Source: Deltaproteobacteria bacterium
GTDB taxonomy: Bacteria > Myxococcota_A > Polyangia > HGW-17 > SLPX01
NCBI GenBank assembly: GCA_011390535.1
Contig: JAABSF010000005.1
Span: 1 to 19,662 of the forward strand
Direction: 5' to 3'
Length of the DNA: 19,662 nucleotides
Positions 1 through 9,700 of the stretch are shown here, one piece after another. A program made the position numbers and the translations under genes. Within the stretch, counting starts at the first letter, position 1. Every line of letters begins with the position of its first letter. The notes beneath the pieces were generated by a model, which was not told the origin of the DNA, searched no databases, and saw only the letters and a program-made list of their open reading frames with translations.

Positions 1-1
1 C

Positions 2-187
2 CTGCCTGCTTATGTCAGCGCCTATCCAGCCATTGTCACGGCTGTTTTGACTGAGTTGACCAAATCTACAGGGATCGATGTGCCATCGGTGCTGGCCGGG
101 GGATCGGGGTCGAACAAACCCTCTCCCGGTGGCACGACAGGATCTCCAGGTAGAGGTATTGGTTCAGGCTTGGGTTTGAAGAGCTGA
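2..187 (+). CDS. 3' end of an upstream gene (partial; frame open from the window edge). C-terminal tail is Gly/Ser/Pro-rich: ...KSTGIDVPSVLAGGSGSNKPSPGGTTGSPGRGIGSGLGLKS*
   Basis: Frame 2 has no stop from position 2 to the TGA at 185-187. It ends 20 nt before the AGGAGG SD of the next gene. The competing minus-strand ORF 66..344 would overlap the flotillin start by more than 120 nt. The peptide is low-complexity, so it is not identifiable. Confidence 0.3.
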   Translation: MPAYVSAYPAIVTAVLTELTKSTGIDVPSVLAGGSGSNKPSPGGTTGSPGRGIGSGLGLKS

Positions 188-218
188 TTTTAGAAGGCAA
201 GGATACAGGAGGTTTGAA

Positions 219-1502
219 ATGGGAAATCTTTTCACAGTTATAATACCAGTTGCCGTTGTGGCGGTGGTTTTGATTTTGCTGGCAATTAAGAAAATGGTCT
301 ATATCTGCCCTCCAAATGAGGCGCTGATTTTTTCGGGTAAGCATAGAATAGTGCGGTATAGGAGAAAGGTGGGCGATCAGTTTATAGAAGAAGACAGAAA
401 GTTGGGGTATCGGATAATAAAAGGAGGAAGAGGTTTTCGGATTCCCCTTTTGGAGAGAGTGGATCGGATGGACCTCACCAACATGATCATTGAGGTGTCG
501 ATTGGGGGCGCCTATACGAAAGGTGGAATTCCTCTCAGTATTCAGGGTGTGGCCAACGTTAAGATTGCGGGTGAAGAGCCTACAATCAATAACGCCATAG
601 AAAGATTTCTAGGTAAATCAAGAGAAGAAGAGATCAGAATTATCAAAGAGACGCTTGAGGGAAATTTAAGAGGTGTTCTGGCTACCTTGACCCCTGAGGA
701 AGTGAACGAGAAAAAAGAAGCGTTCGCAGAGAATTTGCAAGCAGAAGCAATTAGCGATCTTCAGCAGTTAGGGGTGATTGTAGACACAGTAAAGATACAA
801 AATGTATTTGACGATGTGAATTATCTTAACTCTATTGGACGAATCCGATCTGCAGAGATCAGGAGAACCGCCAGGGTGGCGGAGGCTCAAAACAAATCTT
901 TGGCCGCTGTTAGAGAAGCCGAAAACAGGAAAGAGACTGTTTTGAGGCAGATAGAGGTTCAGATGAAAACGGCCAAGGCGGAGGCCGAAAAAAGAATTCG
1001 GGACGCTATAACCCGCAGGGATGCAGTGGTTGCCGAAGAAAAGGCTGTGGTGCATGCAGCGTTGGCAAAGGCGCAAGCGGAAATAGAAATGCAAGTAGCG
1101 CGTTTGGAGCAGACCAAACGAAGGCTCGAAGCTGATGTAATGCAACCGGCGAGAGCAGAAGCTAACGCAGATATGGCGAAAGCCAAGGGGCTTGTGGCAA
1201 AAGTGATCGAGGAAGGAAGAGCAAAAGCTGAAGCTTTCCGCAGCATTGCAGACAGTTGGAAAAAGGCCGGCGTTGCCGCCCGTGATATGCTACTGCTCCA
1301 GAAGTTGGATGAGTTGATGCCTCAGGTTCTGAGGGTTGTAGACGATTTGCAAGTAAATAACCTGACGATTCTTCCGTCCAAGGGGGGGTCTTTTGCATCT
1401 ACCGCCACATCACTGAATGAGCAACTCAAGGCTTCTTTGGGAGTGGATTTGGCCAAAGGGGCCAAAAGGTGGACCGAAGGAAAAGGGCCGGCTTCAAGCT
1501 GA
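219..1502 (+). CDS. Flotillin-like SPFH/band-7 domain membrane-scaffold protein (FloT/YqiK-like), 427 aa
   Basis: ATG at 219 follows AGGAGG (207-212) plus a 6-nt spacer. An N-terminal hydrophobic anchor (TVIIPVAVVAVVLILLAI) is followed by an SPFH-like core. The second half is rich in Ala/Glu/Lys/Arg with heptad-like repeats (AEIRRTARVAEAQNKSLAAVREAENRK...AKAEAEKRIRDA...AKAQAEIEMQVARLEQ), typical of the flotillin EA-repeat coiled coil. Confidence 0.88.
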   Translation: MGNLFTVIIPVAVVAVVLILLAIKKMVYICPPNEALIFSGKHRIVRYRRKVGDQFIEEDRKLGYRIIKGGRGFRIPLLERVDRMDLTNMIIEVSIGGAYTKGGIPLSIQGVANVKIAGEEPTINNAIERFLGKSREEEIRIIKETLEGNLRGVLATLTPEEVNEKKEAFAENLQAEAISDLQQLGVIVDTVKIQNVFDDVNYLNSIGRIRSAEIRRTARVAEAQNKSLAAVREAENRKETVLRQIEVQMKTAKAEAEKRIRDAITRRDAVVAEEKAVVHAALAKAQAEIEMQVARLEQTKRRLEADVMQPARAEANADMAKAKGLVAKVIEEGRAKAEAFRSIADSWKKAGVAARDMLLLQKLDELMPQVLRVVDDLQVNNLTILPSKGGSFASTATSLNEQLKASLGVDLAKGAKRWTEGKGPASS

Positions 1503-2057
1503 GCTCTTCTTAGAAGAAAGCGGAGGTCTTTTTAGGAGGACTAAGCTTAATAGGCTCATGGCTGCCGAACAGAAAGCAGCCAGAAGCCAACCTCTTCCCC
1601 ATGTCGAATGAGGGGTCTTGTTTTTTATTTGATCCCAAACGGCTTCATCCGAGATCAGCGCATAATGTTGCCCCTCAATTGTCGGCCCGAGCTGTCTTAT
1701 AAGAAGAAGGAAAAAGCCTGTCAGAAGTAGGGCGGTCAAAGATAATAAAATGGGAACATAGCGGGGTGCGGGTTTTTTTGTAAGATAAGAGAGCCCTGCC
1801 AAGACAGCAATGAAACCAATTGCGCTGTATGTTAGTGCAAAGTTGCCACTCATTTTGAGCCCAGTAAACTCTTCCGTAATAGCTTTAGTTACTACTAGGC
1901 GAAAAGGATACCATGGAGATAGAGCAAGGAATACTCCGAGAATTCCATATATCAACGCTATAGGCTTAACCCATTTTCTGAGACTGCCTGCTTTTTTCGT
2001 GTTTTTGTTTTGTTTGTTCATTTTCGGGAGTATGAATGCAAAATTTTTTTTTATCAA
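1494..2057 (-). CDS. Hypothetical integral membrane protein (about 4 predicted TM helices, Lys-rich N-terminus), 187 aa; likely TTG start
   Basis: Open frame on the minus strand with four clear hydrophobic stretches (IALIYGILGVFLAL; FALTYSAIGFIAVLAGLSYL; ILLSLTALLLTGFFLLLI; WLLAAFCSAAMSLLSLVLL). The codon at 2055-2057 is CAA on + (TTG on -). There is no obvious SD, so the start is uncertain; an alternative is Met13 (MNKQNK...). It is convergent with the flotillin gene and overlaps it by 9 nt. Confidence 0.5.
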   Translation of the reverse strand: MIKKNFAFILPKMNKQNKNTKKAGSLRKWVKPIALIYGILGVFLALSPWYPFRLVVTKAITEEFTGLKMSGNFALTYSAIGFIAVLAGLSYLTKKPAPRYVPILLSLTALLLTGFFLLLIRQLGPTIEGQHYALISDEAVWDQIKNKTPHSTWGRGWLLAAFCSAAMSLLSLVLLKRPPLSSKKSSA

Positions 2058-2233
2058 GATGACGGTTTAAGGTTCGATATGCTTTGTGAGAGTATTTTTA
2101 CCACTTGATTTAGTCGAAAAGCTTTTGGTAAAAAAAGGAGTTCCCTGAGTTTTGCCGGGAAAGGAACCTACAGCCAAGACAAAAAAAGCTGATTTTGGGG
2201 TAACTTTCAGTTTTCCTTGACAAATTTTTTTCT

Positions 2234-2262
2234 TTGACGCTTATTCGGTCTGCAGTTAATAT
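2234..2262 (+). promoter_or_regulatory. Sigma70-like promoter: -35 TTGACG (2234-2239), 17-nt spacer, -10 TAATAT (2257-2262)
   Basis: Near-consensus hexamers with the canonical 17-bp spacing. They lie about 95 nt upstream of the small peptide ORF, giving a predicted TSS near 2269. A second TTGACA at 2217-2222 has no good -10 partner. Confidence 0.5.
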
Positions 2263-2355
2263 AGGATAAAACACATATGTTGAAAAATTGTTGTTTTAAT
2301 GTTAGGAAGTATGGATGGTAGGTGCTTAGGAACTTTGTTAAGAAAGGGGTTAAAA

Positions 2356-2478
2356 ATGAAGACATTCACAAAGATTTTGCTGGTTCTCACTCTGGTATTC
2401 GCCTGTGCCGCCACTGGCTATGTGGCTTGTGGCGATGACGATGGTGGAGGGGGAAACAATTCTACCGAACAATGGTAG
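2356..2478 (+). CDS. Small secreted or lipoprotein-type peptide precursor, 40 aa: MKTFTKILLVLTLVFACAATGYVACGDDDGGGGNNSTEQW
   Basis: ATG at 2356 follows AAAGGGG (2344-2350) with a 5-nt spacer. The N-terminal n/h-region (MKTFTK + ILLVLTLVF) is followed by either an A-C-A signal-peptidase-I site or a loose lipobox (LVFA-C). The mature part is short, acidic and Gly-rich with two Cys. A promoter upstream and a perfect 12-bp stem terminator directly downstream make it a discrete transcription unit. It is missing from the ORF track only because it is shorter than 60 aa. Confidence 0.5.
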   Translation: MKTFTKILLVLTLVFACAATGYVACGDDDGGGGNNSTEQW

Positions 2479-2499
2479 CAGGTAAATAAGAATCTTCGT

Positions 2500-2537
2500 C
2501 CCAACCATCGCTTACTTGCGATGGTTGGGTTTTTTTT
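2500..2537 (+). terminator. Rho-independent terminator: perfect 12-bp stem CCCAACCATCGC / GCGATGGTTGGG, 6-nt loop, T8 tract
   Basis: Read directly from the sequence: stem 2500-2511 and 2518-2529, loop TTACTT, then TTTTTTTT at 2530-2537. It sits 22 nt after the peptide stop and 5 nt before the 3' end of the convergent GT2 gene. Confidence 0.85.
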
Positions 2538-2542
2538 GGGTT

Positions 2543-3541
2543 CTATGTTTTTTGTTTTGAGGATGATTGACGGGTTTTTAGATCTTCCGGAGATAATCGT
2601 GAAGAGGACATTTCGATTTTTCTGACGCGATAAAGACAATCTTCAAGCAGTTTTCTGTTTGTTGCCAAGTTAGCGGAGAGAAGCCCGATTACAAAAATGT
2701 TGAAACCAATAATCAACAGTATGGCTGCCAATATGAGAGATTGAATCATCCCTGCCCCAGAGCCGGTTATGTAGCGATAAAGAAAACGCACACCAATCAC
2801 AGTGCCTGCGGTCATGCAAAATGCACTTAAGACCGAAAAAAACTTCAAGGGCTCAAAGAGCATAAATAACCTTAACAGCGTCGCTGCAGAACGCCATATA
2901 TAACCAAACATGGACTTAAACAACCTTGAAGGGCGGCGGGTGTAGTTGGGTTCGATAGGGACGGAGGCAATTTTTAGGTTCAGGTTGCCCGCTTGAACTA
3001 TTGTTTCCAAAGTGTATGTGTATCCGGAGAGTACGTTCAACTGTAAAGCCGCCTCTCGGCTGAGAGCTCGAAAACCTGATGTAGCGTCCGGGACATTAGT
3101 CCCTGAAAAACGTCGCACGGTGGCGCTTCCAAACCCTTGAAGAAAACGCTTTAACGCAGAAAAATGCTTTACCTTTGTGATCTGCCGGTCACCGATGACC
3201 ATCTCTGCTTCACCCGACAAGATGGGAGTGATGAGATCCGGGATAAACTTCCCTGGATACTGATTGTCGCCATCGGTATTGACTACAATATCTGCGCCAA
3301 GTTCGAGCGCTTTCTGTATGCCGGTACGAAAAGCGTTGGCGAGACCCTTTGTCTGTTTTATTCGTACGACATGATGGGCGCCATGATCTCCGGCGACCTC
3401 AGATGTGTTGTCCTTGGAGCCGTCGTCGATTACAAGAATCTCCAAAGAATCAATTCCATCAATCTCGCGGGGGATTTCTTTTAAGGTCTGAGGCAGTGTC
3501 TCAGCTTCATTAAGACATGGTATCTGAACTATTAGCTTCAT
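2543..3541 (-). CDS. Family-2 glycosyltransferase, polyprenyl-phosphate sugar transferase type (ArnC/GtrB/Dpm1-like), 332 aa with 2 C-terminal TM helices
   Basis: N-terminus MKLIVQIPCLNEAETL matches the GT2 'IP.YNE' start. VIDDGSKDNT, the DxD-like VNTDGDNQ, and the GDRQ and SGFR motifs are typical of the Dpm1/ArnC/GtrB subgroup. The C-terminal hydrophobic pair (FFSVLSAFCMTAGTVIG...LILAAILLIIGFNIFVIGLLSANL) is the usual membrane anchor of polyprenol-phosphate GT2 enzymes. Confidence 0.88.
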   Translation of the reverse strand: MKLIVQIPCLNEAETLPQTLKEIPREIDGIDSLEILVIDDGSKDNTSEVAGDHGAHHVVRIKQTKGLANAFRTGIQKALELGADIVVNTDGDNQYPGKFIPDLITPILSGEAEMVIGDRQITKVKHFSALKRFLQGFGSATVRRFSGTNVPDATSGFRALSREAALQLNVLSGYTYTLETIVQAGNLNLKIASVPIEPNYTRRPSRLFKSMFGYIWRSAATLLRLFMLFEPLKFFSVLSAFCMTAGTVIGVRFLYRYITGSGAGMIQSLILAAILLIIGFNIFVIGLLSANLATNRKLLEDCLYRVRKIEMSSSRLSPEDLKTRQSSSKQKT

Positions 3542-3697
3542 TTTTCGCTATAACTTTCTTTGGCAAGCTTTAACTCACCGATATAAAACAAAATGTTTTC
3601 ATATTGGCGGACAACTATCCTGAGGCATATGTCGTCGAACCATGGCAGCAGATCACTTTATACAGAGGATTGAAGCAGGATAAAAGTATGGATTTTC

Positions 3698-3726
3698 TTG
3701 ATCAAGGACAAAGGACGAATGAAAAT
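3698..3726 (+). promoter_or_regulatory. Possible weak promoter for the giant gene: TTGATC, 17-nt spacer, GAAAAT
   Basis: Hexamers at 3698-3703 and 3721-3726 in the 228-bp divergent intergenic region between the GT2 gene and the giant ORF. The -10 match is weak (4/6). Confidence 0.25.
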
Positions 3727-3769
3727 GTGTTTAGGATGTTTTGTTTTTGAACGCTGAAGTTGTTTTTAG

Positions 3770-6700
3770 GTGGGCCACAAGCATGTTAAAGTGGTAGAAA
3801 TCAAAAAAAAACATAGAGCATCTAACTGTATCCTTAGAGGAAACATCTTGAAAAATATCCCTTTCGAGACAGGTAAAAGTGGCGCCGAAGAAGCCTTGGT
3901 AGATCTTGTTTTCGGTCTGGAGATCAAAGGCGGTAAAGCTTTTTTGTGTTTGGATTCCACCGAGGTTTCCCCATGGCTGAAAGTAGATCGTTTGGAAATG
4001 ATACTCCCGGGGTTCTCCTTCCCTTTTAATTTTGGATCAGGGCTGGGTAGATTCAGGCAGCATCTTTGTAAATTAACGAAAATGAATTTTACCATTGATA
4101 TGGCAAGGTTCGTTGAAGAGTTGAGCAAGAAAAGAGATCTTGAAAAGAAAGGAATAAACTTACGGGCGGTTGAGGGTGGCATATTGGCTTTTGGGGAGCT
4201 TTGTATAGGTCCATCAAAATTACCGTTTTCTATGCTTTTTTCTGTTACCTTGATGGGATCTAAGTTTTTGATTGCAGCTGAAGAATCCTATGTCTATGGA
4301 AACGGCTCTTTTCCCACATCCCTTGTCGTGGCGAGCTTATTAGGAGCGATTGGGGGGGGTGATGAAAGCAGTTTCGTTTCTTTTCGTCTTTTGAGTGCTG
4401 ATGTTGTAGGGGGAGGGTTTTTGGATGCCTTGTTGTGGGAGTTATTGTTGCCCAGGGGCTGGAAGGTTCCTGAAACAGGAGACTTGTGTCAAACGAAGCT
4501 GGAATGGAAGGGTACGGATCTAAAAGTTTTTTTAGCTGATCATTCATTGTGTAGAGGACTGGGGGGCGGCAAGAATGGTGAACCGATTGTGGGTGTTGAT
4601 AATGAGGAAAGGGCTTGCCGGGAGGAAGAAGAAGAGGATGATAGTTTAGATCAATCTGATAAAGGTGTGAATGCGGACCCCATGTTTTTGCGGAGACAAC
4701 ACTTTGTCGGTGAGCGGGCAATTTTGGATGGTCGTATCGAAGACGCCTTTGAGTACTATTGGAGTGCTCTAAAAACCAATTCTGAAGATAAGTTTGTTGT
4801 AGGGAGAGCTCTTGATCTTGGGCAGTGTTTTCCTTCCTATAGGGCGGAGGTTATCGCCTCTACTAATGAAAAAATTGCCCTTTGGCCAGAATGGGGTCCG
4901 GCATATTTGGTGATGGGCGCTATTCATTTGGCTCAAGGGGAGATATTGCAGGCTGTGGTTCGGTTTTCTCAGGTTATCTCGCGAATGGAAGAGAAGGGTA
5001 GGCATGAAGAGGCTTTTGTGGGCTCTCTGGCGTGTGGTAAGCTTCTCAGGGATACCGACCCTGAGCAGGCGATGGGGTGGTACTCTAGAGCCTTGCGCCA
5101 TAACCCGGATGATTTGGAGGCCCAGTGGGATCTTGCGAACCTTTATCGTAAGTCCGAGAGATGGCATGAGTTGATTGCTTTGCTCAGAAATAAGGCCATG
5201 AAAGGGGATAAGGATGAGAGGGTGACAGCACATGTGGAGTTGGGGAGATGTCACATAGATTGTTTCTCGGATTATCTTAGGGCGAGAGCTGAGTTTGAGA
5301 AAGCCATTAGAATGGATGAGAAATTCATTCCTGCCTGGATGGGGCTGGCGGATGTTTATTTGTCCATCGGGGAGGCTAAGAAATCTTTAGCATCGCTGGA
5401 GAGAGTGGAATCTTTATTGTTGGAACAAGAAGATGTCACGGCTGTTTTTGTTTCGGTTCATGTCAAGAAGAGCATAGCTTTTACATTATTGGGAAAAAAT
5501 CAGGAGGCCGAAGAGAGCATAGAAAAAGCGCTGAAAAAAGGACCCGATGACGATGAGGTGCAAAAAGCGGCCATAGAAGTGTTTCATGAAATGAAACGAT
5601 GGGACGCTTTGCTGGAAGTATTAAGGCGAAGGGCTGAGAGGGACAATACGAACCCGCAGGAGAAACAAGCGCTCTTGACTCGTATGGCGGCGGTAGAAGT
5701 GTTTGAGAGAAAAGACATAGGTGCCGGAAAGCTTGTGTTGGATGAAGCTCTTGAGATAGGGCATAACTCTCTAGATACCCTAAAGTTGGCAGTTGAAGTC
5801 GCCGAACTGACTGGGAACACGGCCGATCAAATCTCTTATCTCTCCAACATGATTCAGCTGGAAAAAAATGAGAGAAAAAAAGCGGCGTTTATACTGCAAA
5901 GAGCCACCATCTTTTTAAACGAGCACAGAGATGTCGACTCGATAATAGATGATTTACACAAGGTGTCGGAATTAGGTGGAGACGTGGCGCTCTCCTCGCT
6001 CGATCTATTGGTGGAAATTTATCGAAAGAGAGTGGACAAGGAAAACCTTATAAAATGTCTAGGGTTGTGGATGGAGGGTATTAAGGGCAGAGAAAAAGAG
6101 AATGCAGGTTTTGTTTTGTATTCGGTTGAGTTGGCGGAGCTGCTCTTTGAAAGAGGAGAAGGCGAAGATAAGAAGAAGGCTTTGCGATATCTTATCGGAG
6201 CTGCAGATCTCAACCCCGGCACTGCAGAACCGCTCCGAAAAATGGCGCTTTTTTTAGAGGCTCTGGATGATCGGCAAGGGCTGGAGTCGGTTTTGCAACG
6301 GCTTGTTTCTTTGCTGCGGCGTAAGGAGAATTTGAGTGAGCTTGGAAAGACTCTCGCATGGCTTGGGAAGGTGCGGCTTTCCATGGGGAGACCTGAACAA
6401 GCTGGAGAAGCTCTTAGAGAGGCTTATAGGTTAGAGCCTGAAGACCCTGATATTATACGGTTGTTTGCAGAAGCCGAGTATAGAAGCGGGATTTTTGAAC
6501 AAGCTGGAGACGCTTTTATGCGGCTTTGGGATCGCGGCATAGGTGAAAACTTAGAGCGTGCCGAGATAGCTTATAAGCTTGGAAAGATTTTCAGTGCAGA
6601 AGGAGATCTAGACAAAACCGCCGAGTTTTTTCGTGCAGCTTTGGACTATGGGTTCTCAGACAAAGAAAGAGCGAAAGAGTGCCGACAAGAAATCTGTGAT

Positions 6701-9700
6701 GCTTTTGTAACGAGAGAACGGTGGGAAGAAGCGGCAAGAGCATACCAAAATATGGCCGATGACAGCAGGCTCCAGCTCTCGGCTGAAGAGAGAGCCTCTA
6801 TTTTATATACGGCAGTGGAGCTTTTTCACAAGAGGTTGGATAGAAACGAAGAATCCATTGATTTGAGTTACAAAGTTTTAGAACTTCGTCCGGACCATCA
6901 CGGAGCCCTCAATACGCTTGAATTTCTACATGGAAAACTCCAACAATATGAAAAGCAGGCAATTATTATCCAGAACAAGATTAAGCTCGCTTCTCTTCAT
7001 AAGGCTGAAAAGACCGCTTTGTTTGGAAGGCTTGGAAAGCTTCAGTCAGAAGAGCTGGGCAATGTTGAATCTGCAAGGAGAAGCTTTGAAGAAGCGCTCT
7101 GTTTAGACAAAGATTTTTTTCCAGCGCTTCTGTTTTTAGCTCGCTATGACTGGGAAAAAGGTCATTGGGAGGGGGTTTGGAGGCGCTATGGTCGATTGTT
7201 AGAGCATGTAGAAGATCAAAAGTTAGCGGATTCGGTCGAAAAGAATAGATTGTCCGTAGAGATATACAGCCGGCGGTTACGAGCAGCTTTAGAAATGGGG
7301 TGGGAAGAAGAGCTGGAAGAAAATGCCAAGTGGGTTCTAAAAAACGACCCCGGCAACAAAGATGTGTTAAGTCTTTTAGATGAGCACTTTTTTAAGCGGG
7401 GAGAATGGGGTTCATTGGTTGGGATCTTGCGAAGAAGAGCTGAGCTTGCTGCCGGAGACCATGGTGTTTCAATAAGACTGCGGCTTGGGGAGATTTTGGC
7501 CAATAAGATGGGGGAAGGACAGCAAGCAGCCGAGGTCTACAGGGATGTTCTTCGAGAAGACCCTTTGAATCTGCCGGCGCTGAACAGTTTGTCCCGAATT
7601 CTTGGCGAGGAGAAGCGACCGAAAGAAAGATTGAAGGTGCTGGAGAGGCTGCTCTCTATTTTGGATAAAAACCCTGAAAAGGGTGAAAAGATAGGAAGAA
7701 AAAAAGGGGATCTCTTGAGAGAAATGGGGGACACGGCTTTTCATCTTCAAAAGAATGCTAAAGGAAAAAAGTGGTTACTTCGTTGTCTTGCCGAAGATCC
7801 AAAAGATCGGGAAGCTGCAGAAATGTTGGTTTCTTTTGAAAGAAAACAGGGGGACTTTGAAGATCTTGATGAAGCCTTGGATTTGTGGTCCCGCGCTTTG
7901 GATGATCCTTCTTTGTTAAGAGGTGCTCAACTGGAAAGGGTGAAGCTTTATTTAGAAAAAAACAAAGATCCACAAAGAGCCTTGAAAATTATTAATGACA
8001 TGAACGATGAGGAGCCTTCCAAAGAAGAGATAGCGCTCAAGGGAGAAATACTAGAACGTTTGTGTGATTGGGAAGGATCTTTTTCTTGCTATAAAGAGCT
8101 TGCCGAAAGAGCTGAAGATACAAATAAGGAAGTATTTTGGAGACGAAAGCTTTTCGATTTGGCGTTAGCACGGATGGAAGATGATGAAACTGCAGAATTG
8201 CAGGGGATGAGAATCTTGGAACAAGAGCCTGAAGATGCAGATGTGGCGGGGGCTATGGCAGAAATTTATAAAAGGCAAAATGATGAAGCCATGTGGCGGC
8301 GAATGATGGAGCGCCGCATAAAAGCATTTGAAAAAGATGAAACTAAAGCAGCCGACAAAATAGATGTTTTAAAGCAGTTGGTTGCTTCTTGGAAAAATGA
8401 TCCACAAGGAGACCTGCACAAGGCCGAAGAACTCTGTCTTCGTGTTTTAGATGATATTCCGAACGACATTGACACTTTAGAGCTTCTTTATGATGTGCGT
8501 CTTGAAAGTGGAGATGTGGAAAAATCGGTGGAGACACTGGAGAGGCTGATAAAAGAGATGGAAAAACAGAATCAGCCTGAACAGAGAAAGATCCTGGTCG
8601 AGAGGTATCTGGAGCTTGCGGGGCTGTTTGCGGATCTTGATAATATGTTGTCGGCCAGACAAAGCTGCAAAGGGGCACTTTCATTTGCGGAAGGAGATCT
8701 TCGCGATTCTGTTTTGGAGAAATGGCTTGAATTTGCTCAAAAAGATGAGCAATGGGAAGAGGTTATAAAAGCAGCCCAACAAATAGACGGGGCTAGACAG
8801 ACCCCCCAAAATTTATGGGCTTTAAGTGTCGCATATGAATCCCTTAGTAGAGTTGATGATGCAATCGGTGTCCTGAAAATACTTCAAGAAAAAAAATATG
8901 ATCATGAAGGTCTAAAGGACAGATTGAGAAATCTATATCTTCAATCAGGACGACATCATGAACTGGCAAAAGAGTATCAGCGTGATGCTGAACTGGCAGA
9001 AACAGATGAGGACAAGTTCCAACTTTTAATGGACGCTTCCACACATTTCGCTTCTACAGAAGGAGGCGGCTTTGAGGCCGTTGAGTGTTTGGTGAAGGCG
9101 TGGAGTGTCTTGCCTGGAGACCTTCGAGTAGCTGATGTGCTGAGTTCTGTTTTATCAAGACCGTCCGATAAGACAAAACTTATGGAACTGCTCGTTGATG
9201 CCGCGGAAAACAAAAAGGCGTCCAGCTCGGATCGATCCATGATTTTGTTGTATGGTGCGGAGCAACTCATAAATGACGACAGCGATGACAGAGATTATGA
9301 AGAGGCCGAGAGGTTTTTGTCTGAAGCTATAACACTAGATCCAGCTAATGCGGTTGCAAGAACAAAACAACGCGAACTTCTATATAAAAAAGAGAGGTGG
9401 GGATCTTTGTGTGAGGTTTTAATCGATTGGATTGATTATACGGAAGATAAGCGGGAGTTGGTGGAGTTGAGCATTGAATTAGCGGATGTTTATATAGATA
9501 AAACACAAGATTTTAATTCAGCTGTCTCTGTTTTGGAGAAGTTGCCTGAGGAGGGAAGGGACGGGACGTTTTTTGCCCGCCTGGCAGGTGCTTATGAGGC
9601 GGCAGGGCGGTTACAAGAAGCTGAGGCTGCGCTGCTGAAGAGGATAACGTATGAAGATGAAGCATGGCCGGTTTGTTTGAAGGCGGCGGATCTGTCGGCT

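Noticed and set aside
66-344. Minus-strand 92-aa ORF overlapping the flotillin start
   Set aside because: It overlaps the well-supported flotillin start codon and SD by more than 120 nt. It has no SD and is low complexity. The same DNA is better explained by the + strand partial ORF ending at 187 followed by the flotillin gene.
1810-2070. Plus-strand 86-aa ORF antisense to the 4-TM membrane protein gene
   Set aside because: It is antisense to a hydrophobic-protein gene, so it reads as hydrophobic by symmetry. It has no SD and runs into the intergenic region.
2418-2639. Minus-strand 73-aa ORF spanning the peptide gene, the terminator and the GT2 3' end
   Set aside because: It overlaps three better-supported features including a perfect terminator hairpin, and its composition is implausible (PPPPSSSP tail).
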